Origin: Candidatus Binatia bacterium
Lineage (GTDB): Bacteria; Desulfobacterota; Binatia; Bin18
Direction of reading: 5' to 3'
DNA length: 64,000 bases
Assembly: GCA_963666315.2 (NCBI GenBank)
Contig: CAXXHG010000039.1
Location: 32,001 to 96,000 of the forward strand
Numbering within the stretch: the stretch's first letter is position 1; each line of letters begins with the position of its first letter. Position numbers and translations under genes: made by a program. Of the stretch, positions 31,765-41,279 are shown one piece after another. A model generated the notes under the pieces. It saw only the letters and a program-made list of their open reading frames with translations. It was not told where the DNA came from and made no database searches.

Positions 31765-32616
31765 CTATTCCCGTCCCTGCGTTTCGGCAAAGACGTATTG
31801 TCCCTCACGTTTTTCTATCCACTGTCCGCGGCCGGTGGTTTGGCCATCGGTGTCAAGCTGAGTACGGATGATTTCCAGCTCTTCCTCAGTCGGCGGATCA
31901 AGCGTCTCGATCTTGGCTGCGAGCTTAGGCGTAAAGGACATTTCTTCGAGAACCATATCTACCGTAACAAACGGGGAGATGGCCATGAGCATGAGTTCAC
32001 ACGATTTGTCCTCGTAGCCAAACATGGCCCACGGGGTGAATACGCGCCATGGGCCGGTTCCTACCGGCAGGCCTACTTTCTCACGTGCACCTGGACCGTC
32101 GAGAAACCCGGGAGAAGAGATAAAATCGACCCGATCAACAAATTTTCGCTTTTGCTGGTCGGTCATCAGAATCGTCCGCCAACACTGAGCCGCGATCGTA
32201 TCTGCCCCGCCTGGACCTCCAAAGCGCCGGCCTCGTCCACCCTCGTATTCGCCCAGCACGGTGGAATTCACATTCCCGTACCGATCAACCTGGAGGGTGT
32301 TGAGGATGCCCACATCGACATAGCCGAGTTGAGCGAAGTTGCCCGCAGTGTTCATGCTCCCCCATTGTAGAGCCCGGTATCCGGCTCGAGAGGCGACCAT
32401 GGTCATGAGTGGGTCCAAGGGCATCATGGATTGCGGAGCAATCACTCCATCCTCAGTCATATATTGGACGCCCGAGCTATAGAGCCGTTGCGCCAGCAAA
32501 ATACTGTACAGTGGCTCCCCTCCACCGCCGACCCAGTAGCTCTTTTCCTCTTCAATGATCCGAGAGACCGTACAGATCAGATGCTCCCGTTCTGCAAAAT
32601 GTGTGGCCGGTGTCAT
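31765..32616 (-). CDS. family I CoA-transferase beta subunit (GctB-like)
   Basis: TEDG (candidate catalytic Glu), QVDRYGNVNST, GPGGA, FVDRVDFISSPG motifs. ATGA overlap with the alpha subunit. Confidence 0.87.
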   Translation of the reverse strand: MTPATHFAEREHLICTVSRIIEEEKSYWVGGGGEPLYSILLAQRLYSSGVQYMTEDGVIAPQSMMPLDPLMTMVASRAGYRALQWGSMNTAGNFAQLGYVDVGILNTLQVDRYGNVNSTVLGEYEGGRGRRFGGPGGADTIAAQCWRTILMTDQQKRKFVDRVDFISSPGFLDGPGAREKVGLPVGTGPWRVFTPWAMFGYEDKSCELMLMAISPFVTVDMVLEEMSFTPKLAAKIETLDPPTEEELEIIRTQLDTDGQTTGRGQWIEKREGQYVFAETQGRE

Positions 32617-33584
32617 ATCGAGTAGCCCTCCCGAATAGTTTCGCGTCGTTGCAGCGCTTGCAGATTTTTCCAACCTACGCGTTTCTCCAACATTTCAGTA
32701 TGCGAGTCCACACTATACACCCATTTCTCAAGATAGGGGTGGAGATCTCCGCGCATCATGCCGCCGAAGCACTCGACCACGTGCTTCACATCAGAAGCAT
32801 AGTGCCCTTGGACCGTGCCTGGATAGGCACCAAAGGGTACATGCACAACGGCATCAACCGTAAAATGCGCAATAGCCGTTCGGGCCGGATCGCGTCGAAA
32901 TTCATCCGTCTCGATAATTTCCTCGGCTGAAAGAATGACTCTTTTTGAGGCTAAGGCACAATCAACATGGGAGATGCCTGTGCCGAAAATGCGCGCATTG
33001 CCATACACATCGGCCTGATGCACATGAATGATCGAGACATCCGGATTCAGCGCAGGCAAAAGTACCACGGGCTTCCCGGAGAAGGGGTCGTTGACTAATT
33101 TAGCACCGGATTTCAGAAATCCGTCTGTTCCGCCAAATGACCGGACCCCGATAAACGGCAGGCCCTGGGCCCCAGCCTGCAATCGATAGGTCATGACCAC
33201 ATTCGAATATTCATAGGTTTGGAGCCGTCCTTCTGCGACTGCTTTCGATAGCCATGGACCAAAGCCGACAAAGCCGATATCCGCTTTGCGGGCGCAGCCG
33301 CCTTCAACGAGCAGAGCCAGAGCCACATAGGTGAATTTCCCGCAGATCCAGAGGTCTTTTTTCTTTTGGCGAATGACCTCACGGATGAGTGAACTCGGCC
33401 CGCGCTGAAAGTAGTTGCAATCATAGGCCAGATAGTCGCCATCGGACACAAATTTCTCAATGGCTTCATGCTCGTTCATCATTTTATTGACGAGTGTACG
33501 CGGCTTATGGTCTCGGACCCACGCGCGGAATCCGTCAGGATCAGGTGGAAAGTATTCGCCTTGACCCTCTGCAAGAATCTCCAT
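32613..33584 (-). CDS. family I CoA-transferase alpha subunit (GctA-like)
   Basis: FVSDGD, LIREVIRQ, PALNPDVSIIHVHQADVYGN, VVHVPFGAYP motifs. Confidence 0.88.
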   Translation of the reverse strand: MEILAEGQGEYFPPDPDGFRAWVRDHKPRTLVNKMMNEHEAIEKFVSDGDYLAYDCNYFQRGPSSLIREVIRQKKKDLWICGKFTYVALALLVEGGCARKADIGFVGFGPWLSKAVAEGRLQTYEYSNVVMTYRLQAGAQGLPFIGVRSFGGTDGFLKSGAKLVNDPFSGKPVVLLPALNPDVSIIHVHQADVYGNARIFGTGISHVDCALASKRVILSAEEIIETDEFRRDPARTAIAHFTVDAVVHVPFGAYPGTVQGHYASDVKHVVECFGGMMRGDLHPYLEKWVYSVDSHTEMLEKRVGWKNLQALQRRETIREGYSI

Positions 33585-33826
33585 GTCTGTCAGCCTCCTT
33601 AGGTAGCCTCAGGCTTAGATACCACAGCAACGCCGGACGTGCCAAGGCCGATGTGCCAGGGTACGTCCTGGGCACATCCATATGATGTATAATAGAGCAA
33701 CTTGGGCTTGCAATCCGGAGGGCCTTCCTCTATCCATGGGCCAGCTCGGGAATTGGTCATATCCCTACACTGATCTGTGTACGATATAGGGCTGAGGGGG
33801 AGAGGGTGTAGGGTTGAGGGGAGAAG

Positions 33827-34582
33827 ATGAGTGTTGCTGGGTTTATCTGTCTACTTATATTTAGTGCACCGCTCAACGTAGCGGCTGAACCCGAAGACGG
33901 CATTCAGCAGGTATTGCTGCGCTTGTCACTGTTTCAGGAGACGTTTCAGCAAGATTCTCCTGGTGAGTTTCCATCACGCTGGAAAGTCCGTGGCAAAAAA
34001 TCGGTCGCCCAGGCCGTGTACCGGATTGCTGAAGAAGAGGGTAATCGATTTCTGCATGCCTATGCCAATAATCAAGATGTACAAATCGGCATGGAATATT
34101 CCTTTGAACCGAGAGACTATCCCATTTTGCGCTGGCGTTGGCGGGCAACAAGACTCCCTTCCGGTGCGAATGAACGAGCCAAAAGGACGAATGATTCCGC
34201 TGCTGCGGTCTATGTAATTTTTGATAGCGGGATCCTGCCTCGGGCGATCAAGTATGTCTGGAGCTCGAGCCTGCCGGTCGGGACACGTTTCGACAGTCCG
34301 GTTTATTGGCGGGCCAAGGTCGTGGTCTTGCAGCACGGGCCGGCTGGGCCTGGTGAGTGGCGGCAGGAGACTGTTAATTTTCACCAGGACTATAAGATTC
34401 TGTTCGGCTTTGAACCTGGAGAAGTGCGCGGCATAGCTCTGCTCACCGATTCCGATACGATGACGAGCGTAGCTGAGGCCGCGTATGACGATTTTATGCT
34501 GCTACCGGCAGAAGCGCTGCCCGTGCTCGCCGCAGAAAAGGCCGCTGTCGAGCTGTCGTCGATACGGCAAGAAGAACAGTAG
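33827..34582 (+). CDS. DUF3047 domain exported protein
   Basis: Signal peptide, YPILRWRW, NDSAAAVYV, IKYVWS, IALLTDSD motifs. Confidence 0.82.
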   Translation: MSVAGFICLLIFSAPLNVAAEPEDGIQQVLLRLSLFQETFQQDSPGEFPSRWKVRGKKSVAQAVYRIAEEEGNRFLHAYANNQDVQIGMEYSFEPRDYPILRWRWRATRLPSGANERAKRTNDSAAAVYVIFDSGILPRAIKYVWSSSLPVGTRFDSPVYWRAKVVVLQHGPAGPGEWRQETVNFHQDYKILFGFEPGEVRGIALLTDSDTMTSVAEAAYDDFMLLPAEALPVLAAEKAAVELSSIRQEEQ

Positions 34583-34644
34583 AGCAGGAGGGGCAGTTCC
34601 CGAATTGCCAGGGTGCAGTTACGCGCCAACTTCGCAACTTCGCC

Positions 34645-35262
34645 TTACTCGTTGTCGTAATGCAGATCGTGTGCGATCTGCTCGACCGTTTGAGCCACTG
34701 GATCAAAATAGTTCAGCGTCTCGGTGCTGATATCTCCCCCGTAGATATGAACGCTTACCACCGGCTCATTGGTTTGATTGATAAAATCGTGGACCTCTTC
34801 GCTCGGGGACAATACATGGGAGACGTTCCCCGGATGGAGATCTAACGAGGCGGTTTCCTTGAGCTCTGCGTAGCCCGTGTGTGTGCCATCATCCAGACGT
34901 TGATAGCGGATAGTACGGAGCTGATTGCGGTAGACACCTTCGACCACCCATTTCCCGGCATGGTCGTGTACGCCGCTCGATCCGCCCGGGGGCCAGATGG
35001 CCACCATAATATTAAAGCAATCTTTCGGACCACGATGGAGGCGGTAGAGCGTAAAGTCCTGATGCTCTGTGGTAATGCGCCCGGGGGCCGGCTGACAGTA
35101 TTCTTCAGGCAGACTGTTTGCGGTAAGAAACCGTTCAAGTAGGGGCTCAGCTGCGGCAACAATGTTGGCATGCTCCTGCTCGTCTACAACAATCGCTTCG
35201 ACGTCTGCTGCGAGTTGCTGCAGGGTATAGGGTGATTCGTTCTGATAAGCAAGATTACTCAT
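34645..35262 (-). CDS. cysteine dioxygenase-type thiol dioxygenase (cupin)
   Basis: WPPG.SSGVHDH, third His in EVH, SVHIYG outer-sphere triad. Confidence 0.8.
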   Translation of the reverse strand: MSNLAYQNESPYTLQQLAADVEAIVVDEQEHANIVAAAEPLLERFLTANSLPEEYCQPAPGRITTEHQDFTLYRLHRGPKDCFNIMVAIWPPGGSSGVHDHAGKWVVEGVYRNQLRTIRYQRLDDGTHTGYAELKETASLDLHPGNVSHVLSPSEEVHDFINQTNEPVVSVHIYGGDISTETLNYFDPVAQTVEQIAHDLHYDNE

Positions 35263-35424
35263 GAGATTCCCTCCTTATTGCCCTTTTGGCTGACTTGGCG
35301 CTGAAAAGCAAGAGCTACGGTTGTTGTATGTACTCCCTTGACAAGCCGGTCCAGCATGGCAGAAATGGCCCAGCGGATACCCGCGTGTCTAGATAATGTT
35401 CTGGGTGAAGGAGTTTATATTTTC

Positions 35425-36297
35425 ATGGCCCAAGCGCAATCGTTACGGACACTACTTTCCCAGGATAAATTCCTCATGGCCGCAGGTGCCTATGATGTCA
35501 TTTCGGCTCGGCTGGTTGAGGAAGCCGGCTTTCCTCTGGTCTATTACTCCGGTGGCGTGTCTGCCGGGGCGCTCGGCTATCCAGACTTTGGCATGCGGAC
35601 GTTGACAGAAATGATTATCCAGCTTGAAGGGGTATGCCGTGCGGTGAGTGTGCCCGTGATCGCCGATGCCGAAGCGGGTTTTGGGTCGGTGTTGAACGTT
35701 GTACGCATGGTGCAGGAGTACGAACGGGCGAATGTGGCCGGTCTGCATATCGAAGATCAAGATTTGCCTCGGCGGTGTGGACATCTGGGCGGAAAACGTC
35801 TCGTCTCTGCGACCGATCATGCAGCCAAGATTCGGGCAGCGGCCGAGAACCGTACGGATGCTGATACGGTGATTATTGCGCGCATTGATGCCATAGCTGT
35901 CAACGGCCTCGATGATGCAATGGCGCGCGCGGTTGTCTATCTGAAGGCGGGCGCGGACATGTTGTTCTTTGAGGCGTTTGAATCGGTCAAACAGATGGAG
36001 CAGGTGTGTCGCGAGTTTTCTTCTACGCCGCTTATGGTCAACATGGTGGAGGGCGGAAAAACGCCCTTCCTGCCTGCCCGGGATCTTGAACACTTAGGCT
36101 TTTGTCTGGCCATATATCCGGTGACGAATGTTTTAGCCGCTACCTACCAGATGAAGAAAACGCTCCAGATCCTACGAACAAGTGGGAGCACCCAAGGCGC
36201 GTGGCACGAAATGCTGCCGTTTAATGACGTGTTTAATGGGTTGCTCGGCTGGGATCAAGCTTTGGCTTTTATTGATCATTATACTCAATCCGAGTGA
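35425..36297 (+). CDS. isocitrate lyase/PEP mutase family protein
   Basis: GAYD..SAR, GYPD.G, PVIADAEAGFG, HIEDQ..PRRCGH, NMVEGGKTP motifs. Confidence 0.9.
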   Translation: MAQAQSLRTLLSQDKFLMAAGAYDVISARLVEEAGFPLVYYSGGVSAGALGYPDFGMRTLTEMIIQLEGVCRAVSVPVIADAEAGFGSVLNVVRMVQEYERANVAGLHIEDQDLPRRCGHLGGKRLVSATDHAAKIRAAAENRTDADTVIIARIDAIAVNGLDDAMARAVVYLKAGADMLFFEAFESVKQMEQVCREFSSTPLMVNMVEGGKTPFLPARDLEHLGFCLAIYPVTNVLAATYQMKKTLQILRTSGSTQGAWHEMLPFNDVFNGLLGWDQALAFIDHYTQSE

Positions 36298-36302
36298 GAT
36301 GT

Positions 36303-37964
36303 ATGGCAGACCCGGAGAACGTGCTGTCGCCCCAACTGTCCGTCTCGGGGCAGGCCGCCCAACTCGTGCAGGTTGATGCCAAAAGTCGTCAAGAGATGAT
36401 TCTTGCGGCACCTAACAGTCTTGACCTCGTACGGGCGCTGTCTTCGGAGACGCTCCTGTACACGATCAAAGAGATTGGAGCCAACGATGCCGTCGACCTG
36501 CTTGCGTTGGCGGCTCCCGATCAGGTGCGTGACATACTGGACCTCGACTGCTGGCGCAAGGACAGTCTGGATGACGAACGCCTGATTCATTGGCTGCTGC
36601 TGCTGGATGAAGGCGGCAGCAGCCAACTCGCCGAGTGGTTCCTGCACACCGACATTGAACTTCTGGTGCTGTTGGTGAAGCGCCACTTCGAGGTCGTCCG
36701 CCAGGTTGATATTGAAGATGATCGGGATTTTGACCACACAGAATATTTCACGGTTGACGATCAATATCTGCTCCGTTTTCGTGGCGAACCGGAACCGATT
36801 TTACACGTGCTGATCGAGCGTATACGGACGCTGGACTACCGGATGTATCTTTATGTCCTTGAAAACAGCCTGTTTGAACTCGAAAGCGGCCTTGAAGAGG
36901 CTTCCTTCCGCTGGCGAACTGCCCGGCTGGAAGACCGCGGCTATCCGACATATAAGGAAGCTCAGGATCTCTTTCGCTTTGTCCCTCCAGAGTCCGTCCA
37001 TTTGCAGCCATATACACGTACGACACTCCAGATGCATTTTGCTTCAGGAGACGATGTCGTTACGCCGCCTGATCATGCCTTGGCCCTGTTGTCGCAGACC
37101 GCTTCATTTTTTTCCCGCGTCTTGGCAGCCCTTCCCGCTGAGTCTCTCGAACAGATCGGGCAGGAGTTAGCCTACCTGACCAATATTATTGTGGCTGCGG
37201 AAGGACGGGATACCGGCGAAATCGGAGAAATTCGGCGGTGTGTAGAAATGGCGCATGACTATGTCAATATTGGTCTGGCGTTTACTGCCAAGGAGAATGA
37301 GAAGGACGCGCAACACCTGCTCCAGTCGACGCAAGTCCGCCCGTTTTTCCAAGCGGGCCGGGGCTTGATCCAACGTCTCCAGCACCAGGCCGACAAAATG
37401 GCCGCTCAGTTGCATGAAAAAGGTCTGCCGGAATGGGCGAGCTATCTCGATACCCCGTTTCGGGAGATGGCTGTCGGGGTTCGGAGGAGGATGCCGCTCT
37501 TCTTTGTGGGTCTGGAGACTCCGGGCGAGATTGTGTCTCGACGCTTTAGCCGGTTGTCCGAAGTCAAACAGGTGCAAGCTTTGCTCGCTCAGATTCCGAT
37601 GTGGCTGGTAGCCCTACAGCGGTGGGAACTTTTACCTGAGGGAAAAGCGCCTGAGGGTGTCACGTTGGCCGTGCTGTGGAATACGGCGTTTGCCCACTGG
37701 GTCCTCGAAAGGCAGGTCGACGTCCGTGTGCTGAAACGTCAAGAACTCGAAACCTTGCACGAGCAATTGCCGCCTGCCTCGTTAGAAGAACGCTGGAATG
37801 CCTTTCTTGTCTTTGCCGCTGAGCAGATTCGGTTCACGCACGAAGAACAAGCCGCACTTGGAACGCTTGCCCGCCACGCCCGAGACAAGATCGAAGAGGT
37901 TCTGGTTGTGGATGCCAAGACCGTAGATTTACGATTCATTGCAGGACTCCTGGTTGAAGAGTAG
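36303..37964 (+). CDS. DUF6178-like conserved protein
   Basis: IKEIGANDA..LL, ILDLDCW, WRTARLEDRGYP, FFQAG motifs. Confidence 0.75.
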   Translation: MADPENVLSPQLSVSGQAAQLVQVDAKSRQEMILAAPNSLDLVRALSSETLLYTIKEIGANDAVDLLALAAPDQVRDILDLDCWRKDSLDDERLIHWLLLLDEGGSSQLAEWFLHTDIELLVLLVKRHFEVVRQVDIEDDRDFDHTEYFTVDDQYLLRFRGEPEPILHVLIERIRTLDYRMYLYVLENSLFELESGLEEASFRWRTARLEDRGYPTYKEAQDLFRFVPPESVHLQPYTRTTLQMHFASGDDVVTPPDHALALLSQTASFFSRVLAALPAESLEQIGQELAYLTNIIVAAEGRDTGEIGEIRRCVEMAHDYVNIGLAFTAKENEKDAQHLLQSTQVRPFFQAGRGLIQRLQHQADKMAAQLHEKGLPEWASYLDTPFREMAVGVRRRMPLFFVGLETPGEIVSRRFSRLSEVKQVQALLAQIPMWLVALQRWELLPEGKAPEGVTLAVLWNTAFAHWVLERQVDVRVLKRQELETLHEQLPPASLEERWNAFLVFAAEQIRFTHEEQAALGTLARHARDKIEEVLVVDAKTVDLRFIAGLLVEE

Positions 37965-37997
37965 AGCAGGCTAAAAGTATTAAGGGATTGAAGCAGG

Positions 37998-38813
37998 ATG
38001 GAACAACTTACAGACAAAGTCGCCGTCATCACCGGCGGAGCAAGTGGAATCGGACTGGCTACGGCGCGTGTACTTGCCAGCCGAGGCGTACGGCTGGTGT
38101 TGGCAGATGTAGAAGCCTCGGCCTTGGACCAGGCGGTTGCTGAGCTGTCTGCAAATGGGACGACGGTCCAAGGTGTGGTGTGTGATGTCGGCGACTTGAA
38201 GGCGGTGCAACGACTGGCTGATACGGCCTTCGACTCAATGGGCGCCGTGCACCTTGTGTTTCATAATGCCGGGGTGGCGGTTGGCGGTCCGATTGTTGAC
38301 ATGAAACACAGTGACTGGGAATGGACCCTGCGGGTGAACCTGTGGGGCCCCATACACGGCGTTGAAGTGTTTGTGACACGCATGATCGCGCAGGGCACAG
38401 GCGGCCACATGGTGTTTACCGCGTCGTTTGCCGGTCTGGTCCCAAACGAAGGACTTGGGCCGTATTGTGTGTCCAAATATGGTGTTGTGGCCTTAGCTGA
38501 GGTATTGCGCCGAGAACTGCGAGCCCATGATATTGGGGTGTCGGTCCTATGTCCGATGCGTGTCGCAACGAATATCGGCCACTCCGAGCGTAACCGTCCC
38601 GCTGCGTTGGGAGGCGCAGGAGCTTCCCCTCAGGTGCAAGACCAAGGTGAAGACAATAGCAATCTTGCCGGACGAGTGCTGAACGTGGACGATGTAGCGT
38701 CTCAAGTCGTTGATGCTATTTTCGCCAATCGGCTGTATATTCTGCCGCACGAAGAAAGCCGGCAGTCCGTCCGGCGTCGCTTCGAGCGTATCGATCGGAC
38801 GTATGATGAGTAG
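37998..38813 (+). CDS. short-chain dehydrogenase/reductase
   Basis: TGGASGIG, HNAG, TAS, YCVSK motifs. Confidence 0.93.
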   Translation: MEQLTDKVAVITGGASGIGLATARVLASRGVRLVLADVEASALDQAVAELSANGTTVQGVVCDVGDLKAVQRLADTAFDSMGAVHLVFHNAGVAVGGPIVDMKHSDWEWTLRVNLWGPIHGVEVFVTRMIAQGTGGHMVFTASFAGLVPNEGLGPYCVSKYGVVALAEVLRRELRAHDIGVSVLCPMRVATNIGHSERNRPAALGGAGASPQVQDQGEDNSNLAGRVLNVDDVASQVVDAIFANRLYILPHEESRQSVRRRFERIDRTYDE

Positions 38814-38821
38814 CGGGCGAA

Positions 38822-38872
38822 ATGATGAAAGGGCTGGCAACGATTACGCCCCACCCGATTGTCCAGATGTAA
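38822..38872 (+). pseudogene. 5' end of the VOC/glyoxalase-family gene interrupted by the element
   Basis: MMKGLATITPHPIVQM, then a TAA created at the junction. Continues in frame as CWVVDDMEASAQQW after the right repeat. Confidence 0.75.
38852..38870 (+). repeat. attL core, CACCCGATTGTCCAGATGT
   Basis: Identical 19-mer at 52179-52197. Confidence 0.92.
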
Positions 38873-38885
38873 ACAAGCTGTGAGA

Positions 38886-38958
38886 TTTCAATAACTTAGC
38901 GGGTTGTGCTGCGCAGAATCGCGCAACCCCACGCACAATCCGCAACCTATCCGCAACC
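38886..38958 (+). promoter_or_regulatory. IHF-like site and integrase arm-type repeats
   Basis: TTTCAATAACTTA (near WATCAAN4TTR). ATCCGCAACC x2 at 38938 and 38949, also present at 52105-52114. Confidence 0.6.
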
Positions 38959-39116
38959 AACATCCTGCAATGAGGAGGTCTGGAATCCCGACCTTCCTCA
39001 AGCTACCATAACCCCAACCGGGAGGGCCTAGCCTTGGCCAGCGAAAAGGTGGTGTCTCTCCTGCCCGCCCTGGCCCTCCTGTCTCACAGCAGGAGCGTGC
39101 CTGACAGGAGACAGGT

Positions 39117-39930
39117 GTGGGACATTCCAAATCTAAGCAGGCGGCCGAGGTATCCGAGGCCCAACGCGCGTCGGACCATCTAATCAATGTCGTCACCAAA
39201 AGAGGAAAGCTGCTGAGCATGGCAGCGGCTTACGTTGTTGCAACGATGACGTATCCACAGGATGAGGATGGGAGGCGGCGCTGCATCCTCATCCTACTGA
39301 CCGGAGTAAGTGGACGCGCACAAAAGAGGGTGCCGCGCAGTACCGACAAGATCAGCCGAACGTTAGGAGACCAGATCAGTCACTATGGAGGCTATGCCGC
39401 CCTCAGTGACGTGCCCGCACACGCGGAAATGATGCAAGCCTATAGGGACAGGAGCAGGCATGGCCTCCTCGCGGGTGATGTCCTGTTGAACGTGTATCGC
39501 ATAGACAATACGGGCATGCCAGCCAGCGTAAACAAAGCGGTATTCCTTCGCGCATCACAAGACAACGACGCGCCGGTCAGCGAGAGAAAGGTCCGCCATG
39601 CATGGAGCGACTACAGGTCCGTCGCTCCGTTCTGGGCTGCGTTACGGCTGCGGCAACAAGCCAACAGTCCCGGAGGAAAAATCCCTCAAGCTTCTCCTAC
39701 AGAGATCCTCCCAAAAAGAATTGCCCGCGTTCCTAGCGGAGTGTGAAGCTTTCCGTTTATTTGCCATCACCTTCCACGCCCGTGGTATGTCTAATCCCCT
39801 CCTCGATGCCGCCAAAGTCTGGTGCATACCTGCGAACGTACACTTGCCCGATGGCCCGCTGTGGCATGCGCAGCTTTCCCCGCCGGAACTGCTGATTCTC
39901 GCAGGCTACCACGCACGACAGCGGTCCTAA
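39117..39930 (+). pseudogene. element-borne hypothetical protein, frameshifted
   Basis: ORFs 39117-39746 and 39598-39930 join at the A-run near 39713-39717 (EILPK/ELPAFLAECEAFR). Confidence 0.55.
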
Positions 39931-40052
39931 CGCAAGCAGCCGAGCGTCTCTGCGCTGCCTGTCTGAAGACGCACCGGCCCCTTATCTACAGTACTGCAGG
40001 CCCACTCTGCATGAATTACAGCTGTTTTCTCCATTGATATCATCCTCTCGCT

Positions 40053-40322
40053 ATGACACGAATCGAAACGAGCCTACAAGCCGACGGGTTTCTCAGCAAG
40101 CGAGAAGCCGCAGAATATCTTTCTCTTTCCGCCCGCTCAATAGATAATCTCCTGGCCAAAGGCGAGCTACCGGCCTTTAGACCTCCCATCGGGACGGAAC
40201 ACGGGCGCAAACTGCTTTTCCGGCGATGCGACTTGGACGCATGGGTCGAGCGCTATCCGGCGAACCAGGATCTCGATCAGATCGTGGAAGAGGCCCTTGT
40301 CGGAATGGGTCGAGAGAAATAG
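40053..40322 (+). CDS. excisionase-like HTH (HTH_17) DNA-binding protein
   Basis: FLSKREAAEYLSLSARSIDNLLAKGELPAFR..GRKLLFRR.DLDAW pattern. Confidence 0.85.
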   Translation: MTRIETSLQADGFLSKREAAEYLSLSARSIDNLLAKGELPAFRPPIGTEHGRKLLFRRCDLDAWVERYPANQDLDQIVEEALVGMGREK

Positions 40323-40493
40323 ACCTCGTGTCTTACTGCTGGCGGGGAGGTGTACTTACATTCTTTGCCAATCAACCACCGGTTTGTGTGAGAACACCTC
40401 CCACGTGGAACTCATAGGCCTCGTGAGAAGGTCAGAACGACGCACCATAGGACGTTCATTTGGGAGACCATAACCGCCCAAGGAGGGAGAGAG

Positions 40494-40793
40494 ATGCCGC
40501 GCAGAATGAAGAAGTTTGAACTCGGATCATTATATCTCAAAGCCCAAAATTGCCGCTTCGATATAGAGGCAGTGAGAACGATCCTAAATCAGGAACTAAA
40601 GCCGTTGATCATTGGCGATGAGGCGGCAATGGATGCATGGCGCGACGCATTTATATTCACCTTACGGCTCTGTGGCTATCTACGAGAAACCACCGAAGCG
40701 CTCCGTTACGCTTACAACGACGCCCAAGGCCACCCTCATCCTGAATTTGGGAGGAAGATCGAATGCCAGCCTGCTCCAAAGCTAGGTGACTAG
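40494..40793 (+). CDS. hypothetical protein
   Basis: AGGAGG RBS, 99 aa, co-oriented within the element. Confidence 0.6.
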   Translation: MPRRMKKFELGSLYLKAQNCRFDIEAVRTILNQELKPLIIGDEAAMDAWRDAFIFTLRLCGYLRETTEALRYAYNDAQGHPHPEFGRKIECQPAPKLGD

Positions 40794-40934
40794 ACACCAG
40801 CTACAGAGGCGTGTGGTCCCTCAGCGCAAAAAAGCCCGACCCGGTGGGAGCCAGGCAGGGCAAAAATAAATTACGACTGTGGCTTGGGACGCCTTCCACA
40901 AAAGCCCCAGGCCACCGGTCAAAAGGAAATAATT

Positions 40935-41050
40935 ATGAGAGACGATAACATAAATGCCGGTACAACCCAAGACGGCCTACCGCTCCAATGGGCGCCCTAC
41001 TACGCGAGCCTAAGGTACCCTGTCTTGCCCGTTCACACGCCCACGACCAG
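40935..41050 (+). pseudogene. Prim-Pol (bifunctional primase/polymerase) N-terminal remnant
   Basis: LQWAPYYASLRYPVLPVH resembles the Prim-Pol start motif A..YA..G.PV.P. No continuation. Confidence 0.5.
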
Positions 41051-41084
41051 CACTGTAGCCAGACGAACCATACGGGAGGGAAAA

Positions 41085-41279
41085 ATGGACGATGGCAGGC
41101 TAAGCTGCGATCAGTGTCCGTACACGATCGCGGTTTCTCTGGAAGACATCGACGCGGACATTCACCAGGCCGGAGACGTGCGCTCGTGCGGAGACAATGC
41201 TGGTTTTCTCTGCGCCTCCTGCCACAGCGAACTGGTGTTTGAGGATCCACAGCCTTTCCCGGAGGAGCCAAGTGTCTAG
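41085..41279 (+). CDS. small CxxC..CxxC protein
   Basis: Own GGAGG RBS. CDQC...CASC. Confidence 0.5.
   Translation: MDDGRLSCDQCPYTIAVSLEDIDADIHQAGDVRSCGDNAGFLCASCHSELVFEDPQPFPEEPSV

Noticed and set aside
38875-39115. tRNA or tRNA fragment at the element's left end
   Set aside because: No T-loop (GTTCRA), cloverleaf or CCA pattern. The att core lies in a protein-coding frame.
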